Virus record (IMG/VR): IMGVR_UViG_3300044640_001495
Span: 62,001-126,000 of that record
Strand: one strand, 5' to 3'
DNA length: 64,000 nucleotides
Every line of letters begins with the position of its first letter. The first letter of the stretch is position 1. Below the pieces are notes generated by a model that saw nothing but the letters and a program-made list of their open reading frames with translations, did no database searches and was not told the origin of the DNA. This document shows positions 5,807 to 16,039 of this stretch, piece after piece. Position numbers and translations under genes: made by a program.

Positions 5807-7591
5807 ATGGCCTTACAAATCAGACGTGGACCGACTGCAGATCGAATGAGTTATACCCCAGTTGTGGGCGAACTTGTTTGGGATACCTCAACAAGTTCAC
5901 TGTATATTGGAAACGGTACCACTGCCGGCGGATTGCCCGCAGGTACCCTAGTCACAGAAGATGTACAAGATATTGCATCCTCAATGCTGATTAACGGCAC
6001 CCACCAAAACATTACTTTTACCTATGATGATACATTAGGTAGAATAAATTCCACATTTGATCTTTCCACATTTAATGGAACATTAACTGCTGATGGATTT
6101 ATTGGGTCACACTATGCCAACGATTCTACGCTGTTGTTAAACGCACTAACAGGTGCTGTTAATTTAAACGGAACAGTCAAAGGACACGTTATTCCGTCTA
6201 CAAACATTGCCTACGATTTAGGTAGCTCATCCTTTAGATTCAGAGATCTATATCTAAGCGGATCTAGTATTATACTTGGTAGTGCTACTATCACATCCAC
6301 AGGCTCGTCTGTTAATTTACCTGCGGGATCTACTGTAAACGGAATTGTTCTAGGTGCTGCAATTGAATCCGGAATGAATTACAACATCAATCTAGTAGGC
6401 GATGATAGCACAGTTATTATCAATGCTAGAACAAAAGCAGTCAATGCAGCCAGCTTAACCATCGGCTCAGCAGTGAATTTGCCTGCAGGATCTACTATAA
6501 ACGGAGTTGCAATTGGTGCTGGTTCAGGAATTGAAGCTGGTATGAACTACAATATTAATATTGTAGGAGATGATAGCACATTAATGCTGAATGCTAGCAC
6601 ACGGTCAATTACTGCGGCAGGTGGATTTACTGGCAATTTATTAGGTAATGTAACTGGAAATATAATAACCAATTTGATTTCATCTGCAGATTCAAGTGCT
6701 ATCATTTGCGACACTCCGATTACATTCCAAACTAACGCACGGGTTGAGGGCACTCTGAGGGTAGTAGATGGAGGCGACTTTCAATCTACGAATTACCTAA
6801 GTTTTCCTCTTGCGATCACTGCTGCTCATGAAGATGATCAAGCCGCTAGATTAGTTATAAGAAGATCTAGAGGAACAATTGATACTCCTTTATCATTAAT
6901 CAATAACGATAGAGTAGGAAGCATTCAGTTTAATGGTTATGACGGCACAAACACTATCTCAGCGGCATCAATTCAAGCAAGAGTTACTGGCACAGTATCC
7001 TCTGGCGTAATGCCCTCATCCTTGAGATTTTTAGTTACAAATACTGCAGGGAATGAACTAGAAGCAGGCCGCTTTACCGAAGCTGGAAATCTTTTTCTTT
7101 TCGCTGACGACGTTTCTGATGGACCTTTACAGATTTTTTCTGGGCATAACAGTGCTGTAAACGCCAGCAACATTATCTTAGTTAGGGCAAGAGGAGTACC
7201 AAGTTTCCCTGGACAAACTGGGACACCTTTAGCGGTTCAAAATGGAGACCCAATCTTCGACTTTGCCTTCGCTGGTTACGACGGAACAAACAATACCGGA
7301 GTAGCTCAAATGCGTGTGGTCACTGATGGTGCGGTTTCCACAGGAGTAGTTCCTGGTAGATTTGAATTTTTTACCAGCAATACCAGCGGAGTCTCTGCTA
7401 GCAGACTAACAATTGCTACAACTAAAACTACTTTTAATAATATGCCTGTGCTTCCTACATATGCCGACGAGACAGCAGCCGATACTGCTATTGGCGGATC
7501 AGGAAACAGAGTGAACGGTATGATGTACTACGACACAGGAGCAGCAAAAATAAAAGCTGTGGCCGGCGGTTCTTGGACAGCTATACATTAA
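5807..7591 (+). CDS. Virion structural / tail-fibre-like protein
   Basis: N-terminal LQIRRG...GELVWDT...LYIGNG-T-GG (Mtd-N-like) motif, Gly/Thr/Ser-rich beta repeats and internal duplications. Confidence 0.75.
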   Translation: MALQIRRGPTADRMSYTPVVGELVWDTSTSSLYIGNGTTAGGLPAGTLVTEDVQDIASSMLINGTHQNITFTYDDTLGRINSTFDLSTFNGTLTADGFIGSHYANDSTLLLNALTGAVNLNGTVKGHVIPSTNIAYDLGSSSFRFRDLYLSGSSIILGSATITSTGSSVNLPAGSTVNGIVLGAAIESGMNYNINLVGDDSTVIINARTKAVNAASLTIGSAVNLPAGSTINGVAIGAGSGIEAGMNYNINIVGDDSTLMLNASTRSITAAGGFTGNLLGNVTGNIITNLISSADSSAIICDTPITFQTNARVEGTLRVVDGGDFQSTNYLSFPLAITAAHEDDQAARLVIRRSRGTIDTPLSLINNDRVGSIQFNGYDGTNTISAASIQARVTGTVSSGVMPSSLRFLVTNTAGNELEAGRFTEAGNLFLFADDVSDGPLQIFSGHNSAVNASNIILVRARGVPSFPGQTGTPLAVQNGDPIFDFAFAGYDGTNNTGVAQMRVVTDGAVSTGVVPGRFEFFTSNTSGVSASRLTIATTKTTFNNMPVLPTYADETAADTAIGGSGNRVNGMMYYDTGAAKIKAVAGGSWTAIH

Positions 7592-7631
7592 CAAATTTTT
7601 TATCAGTTAGGTATAAGGTTAAATATCTTAT

Positions 7632-8183
7632 ATGTTAGATAAGATTTTATTCTGTCCCCTAGATATAGAATTAGATAATATAGAGTTTTCTGTAGTGGAC
7701 GGAACCCCCGTCATATCTAAATATAATCCTTATTGGAATTCTACTCTCATTTCTGATGAAACGATCAAAAAAAATAATTTTGATGAAGTTCTTAAACAAT
7801 TACCATTTGATAAGATTTCCAATTTACAATATAAAATACAACAACAGACCGTAGATTCTCACGTAGATGTTTATCCAGAAATGAAATTCGCTCCTGGAGA
7901 ATATAAACATATACTAGATACAGAACCGGCAGGGTATCGATTTATTGTAAAAGGAGCAGTTGATAGTTTAGAAGTTTTTGATGGTACATCGTGGATTACT
8001 ACTAGAGTTCCTAAAATTCCTTGTGCGTATATTTTAAATTCTACTTCTGCAATTCATAGAGTTAAAGAAGACAAACAACGAACAACGATCTATATAAGAG
8101 GTTGGTTAGATAAGGAACGACATCTAGAACTATTAGAAAAAAGCCTAGAAAAATATAGCCAATATGTTGTTTGGAAAAACTAG
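7632..8183 (+). CDS. Hypothetical protein, possible HxD...H dioxygenase fold
   Basis: SHVD ... SAIHRV ... RTTIY pattern. Confidence 0.5.
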   Translation: MLDKILFCPLDIELDNIEFSVVDGTPVISKYNPYWNSTLISDETIKKNNFDEVLKQLPFDKISNLQYKIQQQTVDSHVDVYPEMKFAPGEYKHILDTEPAGYRFIVKGAVDSLEVFDGTSWITTRVPKIPCAYILNSTSAIHRVKEDKQRTTIYIRGWLDKERHLELLEKSLEKYSQYVVWKN

Positions 8184-8884
8184 TGAGTATGTTGTAGACT
8201 AGAAATTACTTTGGCAACATTCTCTGTAGTCATAGCTACATTAAGTATAAGATGTAGACTGTTATCTACCCAACTAATAGTGCGATGTGTCATCCTTGTG
8301 TTGAGATAATAGACTCTGCCATGTTCTATCTGTAGTTTTCGATCATCCATCCACCAATCATAGTCCAATGGTCCACAATTGTTTAAGAACACAATTAAAC
8401 GGAAAACATCTCTAGGCATTGACGGATGGTCTCTATGGGGGACAAAATAACCCCCTGTATCCGACCGAATCAAAAATGTCCTGCCCAACTGATCCCACTC
8501 ATCTAAAAAAGGTCTAAGACTATGGCAGGTATCGTAGACTACAGTCTTTTGACTGAACTCCAACTCACTCAGCCGGCGTTTGGCTGCATATGATGCTTGT
8601 GCTAGACTAGGATTGGTTTTATGATCTGTGCCGGGCAAACATGTAAGGGTGAGAGATTTTCTGTTATTAGGCCTGTCTGTTCTAGGAAGATAGTCTTGCC
8701 AGTCGTCTTTAAACTGTGCAATCTCCTGCATAACTTGTCCGCAGTCTATCTTCCATTTTAGCGGTTCAAAAACTCCTAAGTTGAGTAGGCTGACTTCGTT
8801 AGTAAGATTCTCTAGGCTTACGTTATTAGGCGAATAAGATTGACTTCTTCCACTTACACCTGGGGGGACCACTATATTATTCAT
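8180..8884 (-). CDS. Aspartyl/asparaginyl beta-hydroxylase-like 2OG-Fe(II) enzyme
   Basis: GGYFVPHRDH, GRVYYLNTRMTH and LHLILNV motifs. Confidence 0.7.
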   Translation of the reverse strand: MNNIVVPPGVSGRSQSYSPNNVSLENLTNEVSLLNLGVFEPLKWKIDCGQVMQEIAQFKDDWQDYLPRTDRPNNRKSLTLTCLPGTDHKTNPSLAQASYAAKRRLSELEFSQKTVVYDTCHSLRPFLDEWDQLGRTFLIRSDTGGYFVPHRDHPSMPRDVFRLIVFLNNCGPLDYDWWMDDRKLQIEHGRVYYLNTRMTHRTISWVDNSLHLILNVAMTTENVAKVISSLQHTH

Positions 8885-8926
8885 TGACTAATCCTTAAAA
8901 ATTTTTCTAAAAGTTCTTGAAACATG

Positions 8927-9817
8927 TTATTTCGCCAATCTTCTTAGAAACTCACCAACAGGCATTTTCCATTTATCAGTATAAGGTTTATATGCTGATA
9001 AAAACTTCTGCTGTATTTGGTCACAACAATCTTGGATTAATTCGCATCCATGATATTTTTCCCTTATTTCTATATTCCAATTTTTTTGATAAATTCTATA
9101 TTTGGCATATCTAGAGTTTATAGTTTCACTTGGTGGAGATTGAAATAATTCCAACATAATAGGATCATAGCCAACTGATAACACAATTTCAGGAGTCATC
9201 TGAAAAAAATTAATAGCTGCTGTCATGTTGTTTGCTATGGCGTATCTACACCAAGATAAGATATATTCATATTCTACGTATTTCCATTCGCCATCTAATC
9301 TATTTGCATAAAAGTCACCATTCCCCAAAACAGGTATACCATTTAGGTTAAAATATACATGATCCATTAATTTCATTGTAGGCAACATTTCCGCTTGGAA
9401 ACATTTTCCTTGTTCTGCCATTCTTAGAGATTCCGGAGAACCTAACCAGGTTAGTACATCTATATCTACATAGATAACTTCAAAATTTAATTCTTTAGAT
9501 AATTTTTCAACCACTTCTATTTCGTGTAAGTTTAAATTTTTGTTAAATCTATTTGTTATAACCTTAAATGGTTGTCCTAATTCTAAGAAAGCTCTAACCA
9601 CAACTTCGCTATCAGCCCCTCCGCTTAACAACACATAAGGAAGTTTGTTCACAGTTTTTGAGTAATTGCTAATTATTTCACAGACATTGATACACTCATC
9701 TCTGAACGAGCTAGGAGTTCTAGTTGCTTTAGAGTACCAACATTGAAATGCGTCTGATTGGTGTTGTCTTAGATTGTACTGGTTTCCATTGTATCCAAAT
9801 CTAAAATTTTGATCCAT
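8927..9817 (-). CDS. PP-loop (adenine nucleotide alpha hydrolase / Asn-synthase-like) protein
   Basis: VLLSGGADSEVV PP-loop; start refined to MDQNF to avoid overlap with the desaturase. Confidence 0.65.
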   Translation of the reverse strand: MDQNFRFGYNGNQYNLRQHQSDAFQCWYSKATRTPSSFRDECINVCEIISNYSKTVNKLPYVLLSGGADSEVVVRAFLELGQPFKVITNRFNKNLNLHEIEVVEKLSKELNFEVIYVDIDVLTWLGSPESLRMAEQGKCFQAEMLPTMKLMDHVYFNLNGIPVLGNGDFYANRLDGEWKYVEYEYILSWCRYAIANNMTAAINFFQMTPEIVLSVGYDPIMLELFQSPPSETINSRYAKYRIYQKNWNIEIREKYHGCELIQDCCDQIQQKFLSAYKPYTDKWKMPVGEFLRRLAK

Positions 9818-9825
9818 CTCAAATT

Positions 9826-10593
9826 TTATTTTTTGACCGGATGAGCTAACAGAGTACATGCATCAAACTCCCATTTTTTTCCGCTTACAGATTTTCCAAA
9901 ATCAAAACTAGACGGCATTTGATGATGATTATTATGCCATCCGTTTCCCCAAAACATTAAGCCTAACATAGGGATATTTCTTGATTTATCTTTAGTTTCA
10001 AAATTTCTATATCCAACGTTGTCACTATGACAGAATGTATTAATAAGTCCCTCACCATGAAATGCAACAATTGTTGGCACAATAGCAAACCAATATAATA
10101 AATTTAAATCAATCAATCCCAGAACTATCCACGATAACAAAATAATTACTTCATAATACTTGGCTGTGAATGCCATTTTTTTATCACGTACTAGGTCAAC
10201 AGCAAACTTGTAGTTTACATTGGTAGGATCATGTTTTAAAATCCAACCCACAAAAGCATGCCATCTTCCAAAAATTGGAGAATGTTCGTCTTTTTCTGTA
10301 TCGGCAAATCTATGATGATATCCTCGGTGTACCGCGGCCCACCAGATTGGATGACCCTGGCATGATAACACACTGGCATAAATTATCAAATTCTCTGCCC
10401 ATGATTTTAAAATGATCGATCTATGAGATGCCCATCTATGAAGTCCTATTGCTACTCCGTACCCACCAATAAAAATATAGCCTGCTAGAAAATACAATAG
10501 ACTGGTAAAATTGTAATCTACGAAAAAAAACAACAAAACCAATAGTATGTGTAAAGGGAAAAACGTAGTTAACAGGTATTTGTAATTTTTCAT
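9826..10593 (-). CDS. Membrane fatty-acid (delta-9-type) desaturase
   Basis: His boxes HRWASH, HRGYHH and WHNNHH; hydrophobic segments; DPHSP-like DEHSP motif. Confidence 0.9.
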   Translation of the reverse strand: MKNYKYLLTTFFPLHILLVLLFFFVDYNFTSLLYFLAGYIFIGGYGVAIGLHRWASHRSIILKSWAENLIIYASVLSCQGHPIWWAAVHRGYHHRFADTEKDEHSPIFGRWHAFVGWILKHDPTNVNYKFAVDLVRDKKMAFTAKYYEVIILLSWIVLGLIDLNLLYWFAIVPTIVAFHGEGLINTFCHSDNVGYRNFETKDKSRNIPMLGLMFWGNGWHNNHHQMPSSFDFGKSVSGKKWEFDACTLLAHPVKK

Positions 10594-10623
10594 AGAGGGA
10601 TGATTCCGATTAAATATATTTAT

Positions 10624-11223
10624 ATGATGCCAAAATCCCTATCGCTTAAATCGAATCCCGGAGAGGACTTGTGGAATGAATGCATGGAAACTATAAAATC
10701 TCGGTGCTGTGCAGATCCATTGTATGAAAATTATGTAAATCTAACTCCTGCACAATATTATTATTTTGTGACAGCGATACACGAAAATAAGATTGTATCC
10801 TTTGGTGCCATAGAATATTCTCCTCACAAATGGGGAGAGAAAATTGCAAGAGTATTAACTAGATTTTGGATACATCCAGATTTTAGAAGCAACGGATTAA
10901 CCAAGTGGGGCCCTAGTGCTGTTAGATTTAGTCCAATTATACTTAACGCTCAGCTTGAATTTTTAAATTCACAGAATAAAATAAAAGTTGCTATGATCAC
11001 AAGAGAAGGAAAATACTCGAAAAGTTTTAAAGAAATAACAAAACTTGCATCGTCTGTTTCAGTTGATTCTTTTGAAATATTAGAAAATATATACAATGTC
11101 TGCGGAGACTCGAACGACGATTCGTGTTATCAAATGGTAGCACTGTCGTCAATAAGCCATGAAGACAAATGGAATGTCTTTTCCGAAGCAATATCTGCTG
11201 GATTCTTTAAAGGACCAAATTAA
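10624..11223 (+). CDS. GNAT-like acetyltransferase (putative)
   Basis: ARVLTRFWIHPDFRSNG resembles GNAT motif A. Confidence 0.5.
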   Translation: MMPKSLSLKSNPGEDLWNECMETIKSRCCADPLYENYVNLTPAQYYYFVTAIHENKIVSFGAIEYSPHKWGEKIARVLTRFWIHPDFRSNGLTKWGPSAVRFSPIILNAQLEFLNSQNKIKVAMITREGKYSKSFKEITKLASSVSVDSFEILENIYNVCGDSNDDSCYQMVALSSISHEDKWNVFSEAISAGFFKGPN

Positions 11224-12074
11224 TGAAGTTTTACGTAAAAGATTGTCCTGCGCACCTGTCATTGTTCCAGTGGATATACGAACAGAGCGATTTCTATACA
11301 GCAATAAATGATATTGCTACATCAACTAAAGTAGACGATATAATAGAATTGCCTCACAAAATTGATATTCCTTCACTTGTAAAAGATACCCTATCAGCAC
11401 TGGAAACGTTTGGAACCAAAGGTTGGCAAACAACCAAAGGTCAAAGTAAGGCCTACGGTGGTCTCAGCATGGTATACAACCCAGATCTAATAGACACAAT
11501 TGATCCTAATCAACATACACTAGGCACACCTGTAAACGCTCCGGATCAATTTTATTACGGCAGTACAGAAAATTTTCGTTCTACAAGAAATACATACTTT
11601 GACAGTTATGGATTTAGAAAACTATCACCATGCATCTCACAAACTAATCTTAAAAATTTTATCAGTGAATTTCGTCTTTCACCTACACGAAGTAGGATAG
11701 CTGTGTTAGATGCCGACATGCATGATAGGGTAGGTGAAGAATTCCTTTGGCACAAAGATGAAACTATATTCGAAAATCTCAGGATCAACATTCCTATCGA
11801 CACTGATTCTTCTTTTCTATTCCAACTCGAAAATAAGCTGCCGACTCATTTAGAGCTAGGAAAAATATATACTTGGGATACAAATTTACCACATAGGGTA
11901 TATGCCACAAAAAAATCTACTAAAAAAAGAACCCATTTAGTATTAGGATTCACGCCCTGGATTGATTATATAGAAAATGAAGATTGCTTTGTATTAAATT
12001 CCCACTTTGGTAAATTACATCCGTTTGATATTCTTCTAAACGGATCAGCACATCAAAGCATTGGTCAGGTATAA
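11223..12074 (+). CDS. AspH-like HxD...H dioxygenase (putative)
   Basis: LWHKDE, LRINIPI and YTWDTNLPHRV...RTHLVLG motifs. Confidence 0.6.
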   Translation: MKFYVKDCPAHLSLFQWIYEQSDFYTAINDIATSTKVDDIIELPHKIDIPSLVKDTLSALETFGTKGWQTTKGQSKAYGGLSMVYNPDLIDTIDPNQHTLGTPVNAPDQFYYGSTENFRSTRNTYFDSYGFRKLSPCISQTNLKNFISEFRLSPTRSRIAVLDADMHDRVGEEFLWHKDETIFENLRINIPIDTDSSFLFQLENKLPTHLELGKIYTWDTNLPHRVYATKKSTKKRTHLVLGFTPWIDYIENEDCFVLNSHFGKLHPFDILLNGSAHQSIGQV

Positions 12075-13306
12075 TTAACAATTATAGAAGAAATTAAATT
12101 TTGATATTTTTCGTTTAAATCGTTAAGATCACTACCTGATATATAAACATATCCGTTATTGCTAATTGCTAAATCGTTCCTTGGAAGATTAACTTTATTA
12201 TTAGTTGGTAATTTAATATAGTCTGCAAGAAAGTCTTTTTTAATCTCTATGCTTTTAATGAGACCCGGTTTTAATCCTAAATCTCTTTTCATACTACACT
12301 TGCTTTTGTTTAACAACATATTTTTATTTTTAAGAATAGAGTTAACTAACTTTGATGCATAGTGATTTTCTCCAGAGTATTGCAATAGATGGCATCCTAC
12401 GGAAACTCGAGCTGCAAAATCAATGAAATAAATATTTCCCTCTTTTAATATCACATCTAGCATGAACGGACAATTATCTAACTCAGTTAAAGAAATAAAC
12501 TTTTCTAATTTAATTTTGATATTTTCATAAAAATCGCTGTTAAAATATTTAGACGGATACACTAATGCTGTTTCAGCCGCATAGGGATATGAATTAGATT
12601 CTATATCATAAAAAAAATCTAAACTAAGAGATTTATTAAGTATGTGTCCAATCACAGAGATTATTGGTCCATCAATATATTCCTGAATTATGTAATCACT
12701 ATCTGCCGAATAATATTCAAAAGTTTTAAATTTTTCACCATGGCTTTCTTGATAATCGTGTACTTTAACATCGACGTCTTTAAAAAAATCTACAAGACTT
12801 TCTCTAGAAGAAATTATTTTTATCCCCAAACTTGCCATTCCCCCTGACGGTTTTACTAAACATGGAAATTTAATATCTGAAGATACAATGTTTAATGTTT
12901 TTTTATTTTTAACAATTTGATAAATTTTAGGAACATTGATCTTTAGATCTTTCCATATTTTGTAATAAACTATTTTTTCTTTAATTTTTTCGTATGATTT
13001 TAATTTAATTCCCGGTAGATCAAATTTACTGTTTATTTCAGCAATTAATTTCATATGATGATCGGGGAATGTAGGATAGATATATTGATATTTTTTTGTT
13101 TCTAATAATTGAGAAAGTAAATTTAAAAATTGATCGGTAGTATCAACAACAAATATGTTATCAAATTTAGATAGATGTGGCTTCATTAGATCAAATTCGG
13201 GATGATCTTTAGGAACAATTATATCTAAATTATAACCTTGATTTATTAAATCATAGATCGTAGATAAATGATGATATCCGCGACATAACAACAAAATATT
13301 ATTCAT
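12065..13306 (-). CDS. ATP-grasp ligase (L-amino-acid-ligase-like)
   Basis: FPCLVKPSGGMASLGI, YIIQEYIDGP and IYFIDFAAR motifs. Confidence 0.8.
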   Translation of the reverse strand: MNNILLLCRGYHHLSTIYDLINQGYNLDIIVPKDHPEFDLMKPHLSKFDNIFVVDTTDQFLNLLSQLLETKKYQYIYPTFPDHHMKLIAEINSKFDLPGIKLKSYEKIKEKIVYYKIWKDLKINVPKIYQIVKNKKTLNIVSSDIKFPCLVKPSGGMASLGIKIISSRESLVDFFKDVDVKVHDYQESHGEKFKTFEYYSADSDYIIQEYIDGPIISVIGHILNKSLSLDFFYDIESNSYPYAAETALVYPSKYFNSDFYENIKIKLEKFISLTELDNCPFMLDVILKEGNIYFIDFAARVSVGCHLLQYSGENHYASKLVNSILKNKNMLLNKSKCSMKRDLGLKPGLIKSIEIKKDFLADYIKLPTNNKVNLPRNDLAISNNGYVYISGSDLNDLNEKYQNLISSIIVNYT

Positions 13307-14474
13307 TTATTAATCTCACAAAATGCCACTTTGAAAATAAATGTTGATATCTTCCTCTTACTTTTCCAAAATCTCGTTGGCTTCTTTCCACTCCTAAATA
13401 CAATCTTTTATCTAATTGAGATAAAAATAGACTATTCATATCTAAAAAACTATCACGACATTTGGTTAATTCTGGATGCTCAAAAATCCAAAAATGTTTA
13501 TCTTCTCTGTCTGCAATATTTGGTTTATCAGCCTGAAAATTATTTGTCCAGTTATCATATAATACTTGCCTTGCTACAGAGTTTTGCATTCTAATAGATA
13601 ATAATGTAAAATCCAATGGCCAATCTTTACTTACATCTGAATAATAATATTGTCTTAAATGAAAATTATCATCAACATATGATGACAACTGATAGGCTTG
13701 TTCCATAGCTAATATTGGGAATTTTGGAGACCAATAAAAATATTCAGTTCCGTATCTATTTTCTTGTGAAGGAATTCCCATCCCTGTACCAGTGTCGGTA
13801 AAACTCATAAACCATTTATTATCTCTATAAGCTAACAACGGTTTATCTATTCCATAAATAGATCCAACTGTTTTACCCTTATTTAATTTGAGAAATTCCG
13901 ATTTACTATATGTCAGCATAAAAGGTATTTCTATATCATTCCATGTGTTAACATGATGCCATAAATCTTCTGTATAAATTTCAGGACTTAAATTATCTGT
14001 CCAATCTGCAATATTGATTTTAATCTGAGGATGATATTGTGACAGCCAATCAAGAACAGGTTTAATGGCAAAGTCCCATTCACTAAGAGTGTTCCTAGCC
14101 GAAGTGTCTAGTGTATTGGCCTTGTAAACTTGAGATTTTATAGCGGCCATTGGCCATTTCACACAAACTTCGTCTAATTTAATACCGTTGTCTATAAAGG
14201 ACCTAAGAACATTATAGCTGTCAGCGCCTCCCGAAAAATATAAAATTAGATAATCGTAGCTATCTCTAATCTGTTGAGCACGTTGTTGATAAAGTTTTTT
14301 GAGAGAAACTTTCCCCAACAAGGATCTATCAAAATTGTTCCAAATTTGATCAAAATATATGTAACTAACTTCCTGATTGGTGTCGGTAGCAAATACCAAT
14401 GCTTGAAATTTATTTTTAAATTTCGTAGCACCTACCTGCCAAAATCCTTCTACTTCTTGATTAAACATGTTCAT
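13299..14474 (-). CDS. PP-loop ATPase-like protein
   Basis: YDYLILYFSGGADSYNVL PP-loop; start refined. Confidence 0.65.
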   Translation of the reverse strand: MNMFNQEVEGFWQVGATKFKNKFQALVFATDTNQEVSYIYFDQIWNNFDRSLLGKVSLKKLYQQRAQQIRDSYDYLILYFSGGADSYNVLRSFIDNGIKLDEVCVKWPMAAIKSQVYKANTLDTSARNTLSEWDFAIKPVLDWLSQYHPQIKINIADWTDNLSPEIYTEDLWHHVNTWNDIEIPFMLTYSKSEFLKLNKGKTVGSIYGIDKPLLAYRDNKWFMSFTDTGTGMGIPSQENRYGTEYFYWSPKFPILAMEQAYQLSSYVDDNFHLRQYYYSDVSKDWPLDFTLLSIRMQNSVARQVLYDNWTNNFQADKPNIADREDKHFWIFEHPELTKCRDSFLDMNSLFLSQLDKRLYLGVERSQRDFGKVRGRYQHLFSKWHFVRLINE

Positions 14475-14524
14475 ATTTATAGACAAAAAAAATTATGGAA
14501 AATTAATATAATAAATACTTTACC

Positions 14525-15019
14525 ATGATATTACAGCCACTATATAAATTTATCAATTTCCAAACTTTACAGAAAGAAGTTTTGGAATTGGTAAAAAAAA
14601 TTAACGTTAACGACAATCAGCTAATATGTCAAGGATTAGAAAACGGTTCAAATGATTGGATCACAGGCATTGGTCGTATTGAAGAATTAGAAGAACAACA
14701 GGAACGAAATTATAAATTTATATATCCAGAGCTTCGTGGGACACTTCTAGAAAAATTTATTAAAGACCACAATGGTTTTAGAACTAGAATAATGTTAATG
14801 AATTCTAGAAAATGTTATTCTATCCATCGAGATCCAACCCCTAGATTGCATTTACCTATAATCACAAATGATCAGTGTTGGATGATATGGCCATATAAAA
14901 ATGAATGCCATCAGCTACATGAGGGAGTTGTGTATCGAGCAGATACAACACAAGATCACACTTTTATTAATGGATCTTTAGATCAAATTAGAATACACAT
15001 TGTAATGTGCATTGATTAA
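14525..15019 (+). CDS. AspH-like HxD...H dioxygenase (putative)
   Basis: YSIHRDP, RLHLPIITN and DTTQDHTFIN...RIHIV motifs. Confidence 0.7.
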   Translation: MILQPLYKFINFQTLQKEVLELVKKINVNDNQLICQGLENGSNDWITGIGRIEELEEQQERNYKFIYPELRGTLLEKFIKDHNGFRTRIMLMNSRKCYSIHRDPTPRLHLPIITNDQCWMIWPYKNECHQLHEGVVYRADTTQDHTFINGSLDQIRIHIVMCID

Positions 15020-15025
15020 TAATAT

Positions 15026-15601
15026 ATGAAAAATACTACAAATTACACCCAATTTAAATTTCCCTTCGATGACATCTTAAAGCCAGGCGTCATCTTAGAT
15101 GGAAGATTTTCAAGACATGATACCTGGGGTTTGGATTTCTTGCCTATAGATGAACTAGTGAAAGATGATGTATCGAAATTTTTTGAAGAAAAAGATCTTC
15201 CTTTAAAAAATATATATTTTATGTATGGTCCTGCGCAAGAATCTTTAGTTATTCATGTTGACGGATTTGTTGAAGAGAACGGAACCTTTCACGGAATTCA
15301 TTGCGGATTAAATTGGATTTATGGTTCTACAAATCATGTGATGAAATGGTATTCATCAGATACTGTTGGAGAAACATCTGTAAACAAAGAAGGACTCCGT
15401 AGAACAAGATGGTCAGCAAGTGACTGTGTATCTATTGAAGAATTAACCATCGCTGTACCAACTTTAGTGAGAACAGATATACCTCATAATGTAGTTAATT
15501 TTAGCAATGAAAAAAGATTCTGTGTAAGTTTAAGGTTCGCTGATATAACTTTGACATATCAGCAAGTTCGAGAAAAACTGCTAGATTATATTTTAATTTA
15601 A
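15026..15601 (+). CDS. Cupin/dioxygenase-like protein (putative)
   Basis: IHVDG ... RTDIPHNVVN ... RFCVSLRF. Confidence 0.55.
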   Translation: MKNTTNYTQFKFPFDDILKPGVILDGRFSRHDTWGLDFLPIDELVKDDVSKFFEEKDLPLKNIYFMYGPAQESLVIHVDGFVEENGTFHGIHCGLNWIYGSTNHVMKWYSSDTVGETSVNKEGLRRTRWSASDCVSIEELTIAVPTLVRTDIPHNVVNFSNEKRFCVSLRFADITLTYQQVREKLLDYILI

Positions 15602-15997
15602 TTACGGCAGTACTCTAGTTAGCTCTAGCTTTGTTTCATCCACAACAACAACAGGTTCGTTGTCTAATTTGATAAGTGTAGCAAACGCAGGTTCGTTTGA
15701 TATTCCGGTGAGTTTATGTCCGCATTTAATTAGATAGTTGTCTCTAGAAGAAAAATAGGTGGATATCTCAGAATTAATTACGGAGGTAAATTCTCTGCAT
15801 TTTGCAACAGATTCGTAATTATATACAGACACTAGTGTTAATCCGTCTTCAGTCCTAGAAATTTCACGACTGATTACTAATCCCGAATTTTGTCTAATAG
15901 TATCAATGATCTCCTGAAAGGCAGCTCCTTCGGGAGTATCCATGTAGAACGGATATTCTTGTGTTAGTCTTTCATAAGTCCAGGTTACTGTTAGCAT
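15602..15997 (-). CDS. Hypothetical protein
   Basis: 131-aa ORF with GAGG SD, preceded by ATAAATA on the minus strand. Confidence 0.7.
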   Translation of the reverse strand: MLTVTWTYERLTQEYPFYMDTPEGAAFQEIIDTIRQNSGLVISREISRTEDGLTLVSVYNYESVAKCREFTSVINSEISTYFSSRDNYLIKCGHKLTGISNEPAFATLIKLDNEPVVVVDETKLELTRVLP

Positions 15998-16039
15998 ATT
16001 AGTTCCTCGTTTAAATACACTATTATTTATCTAAGAGAT

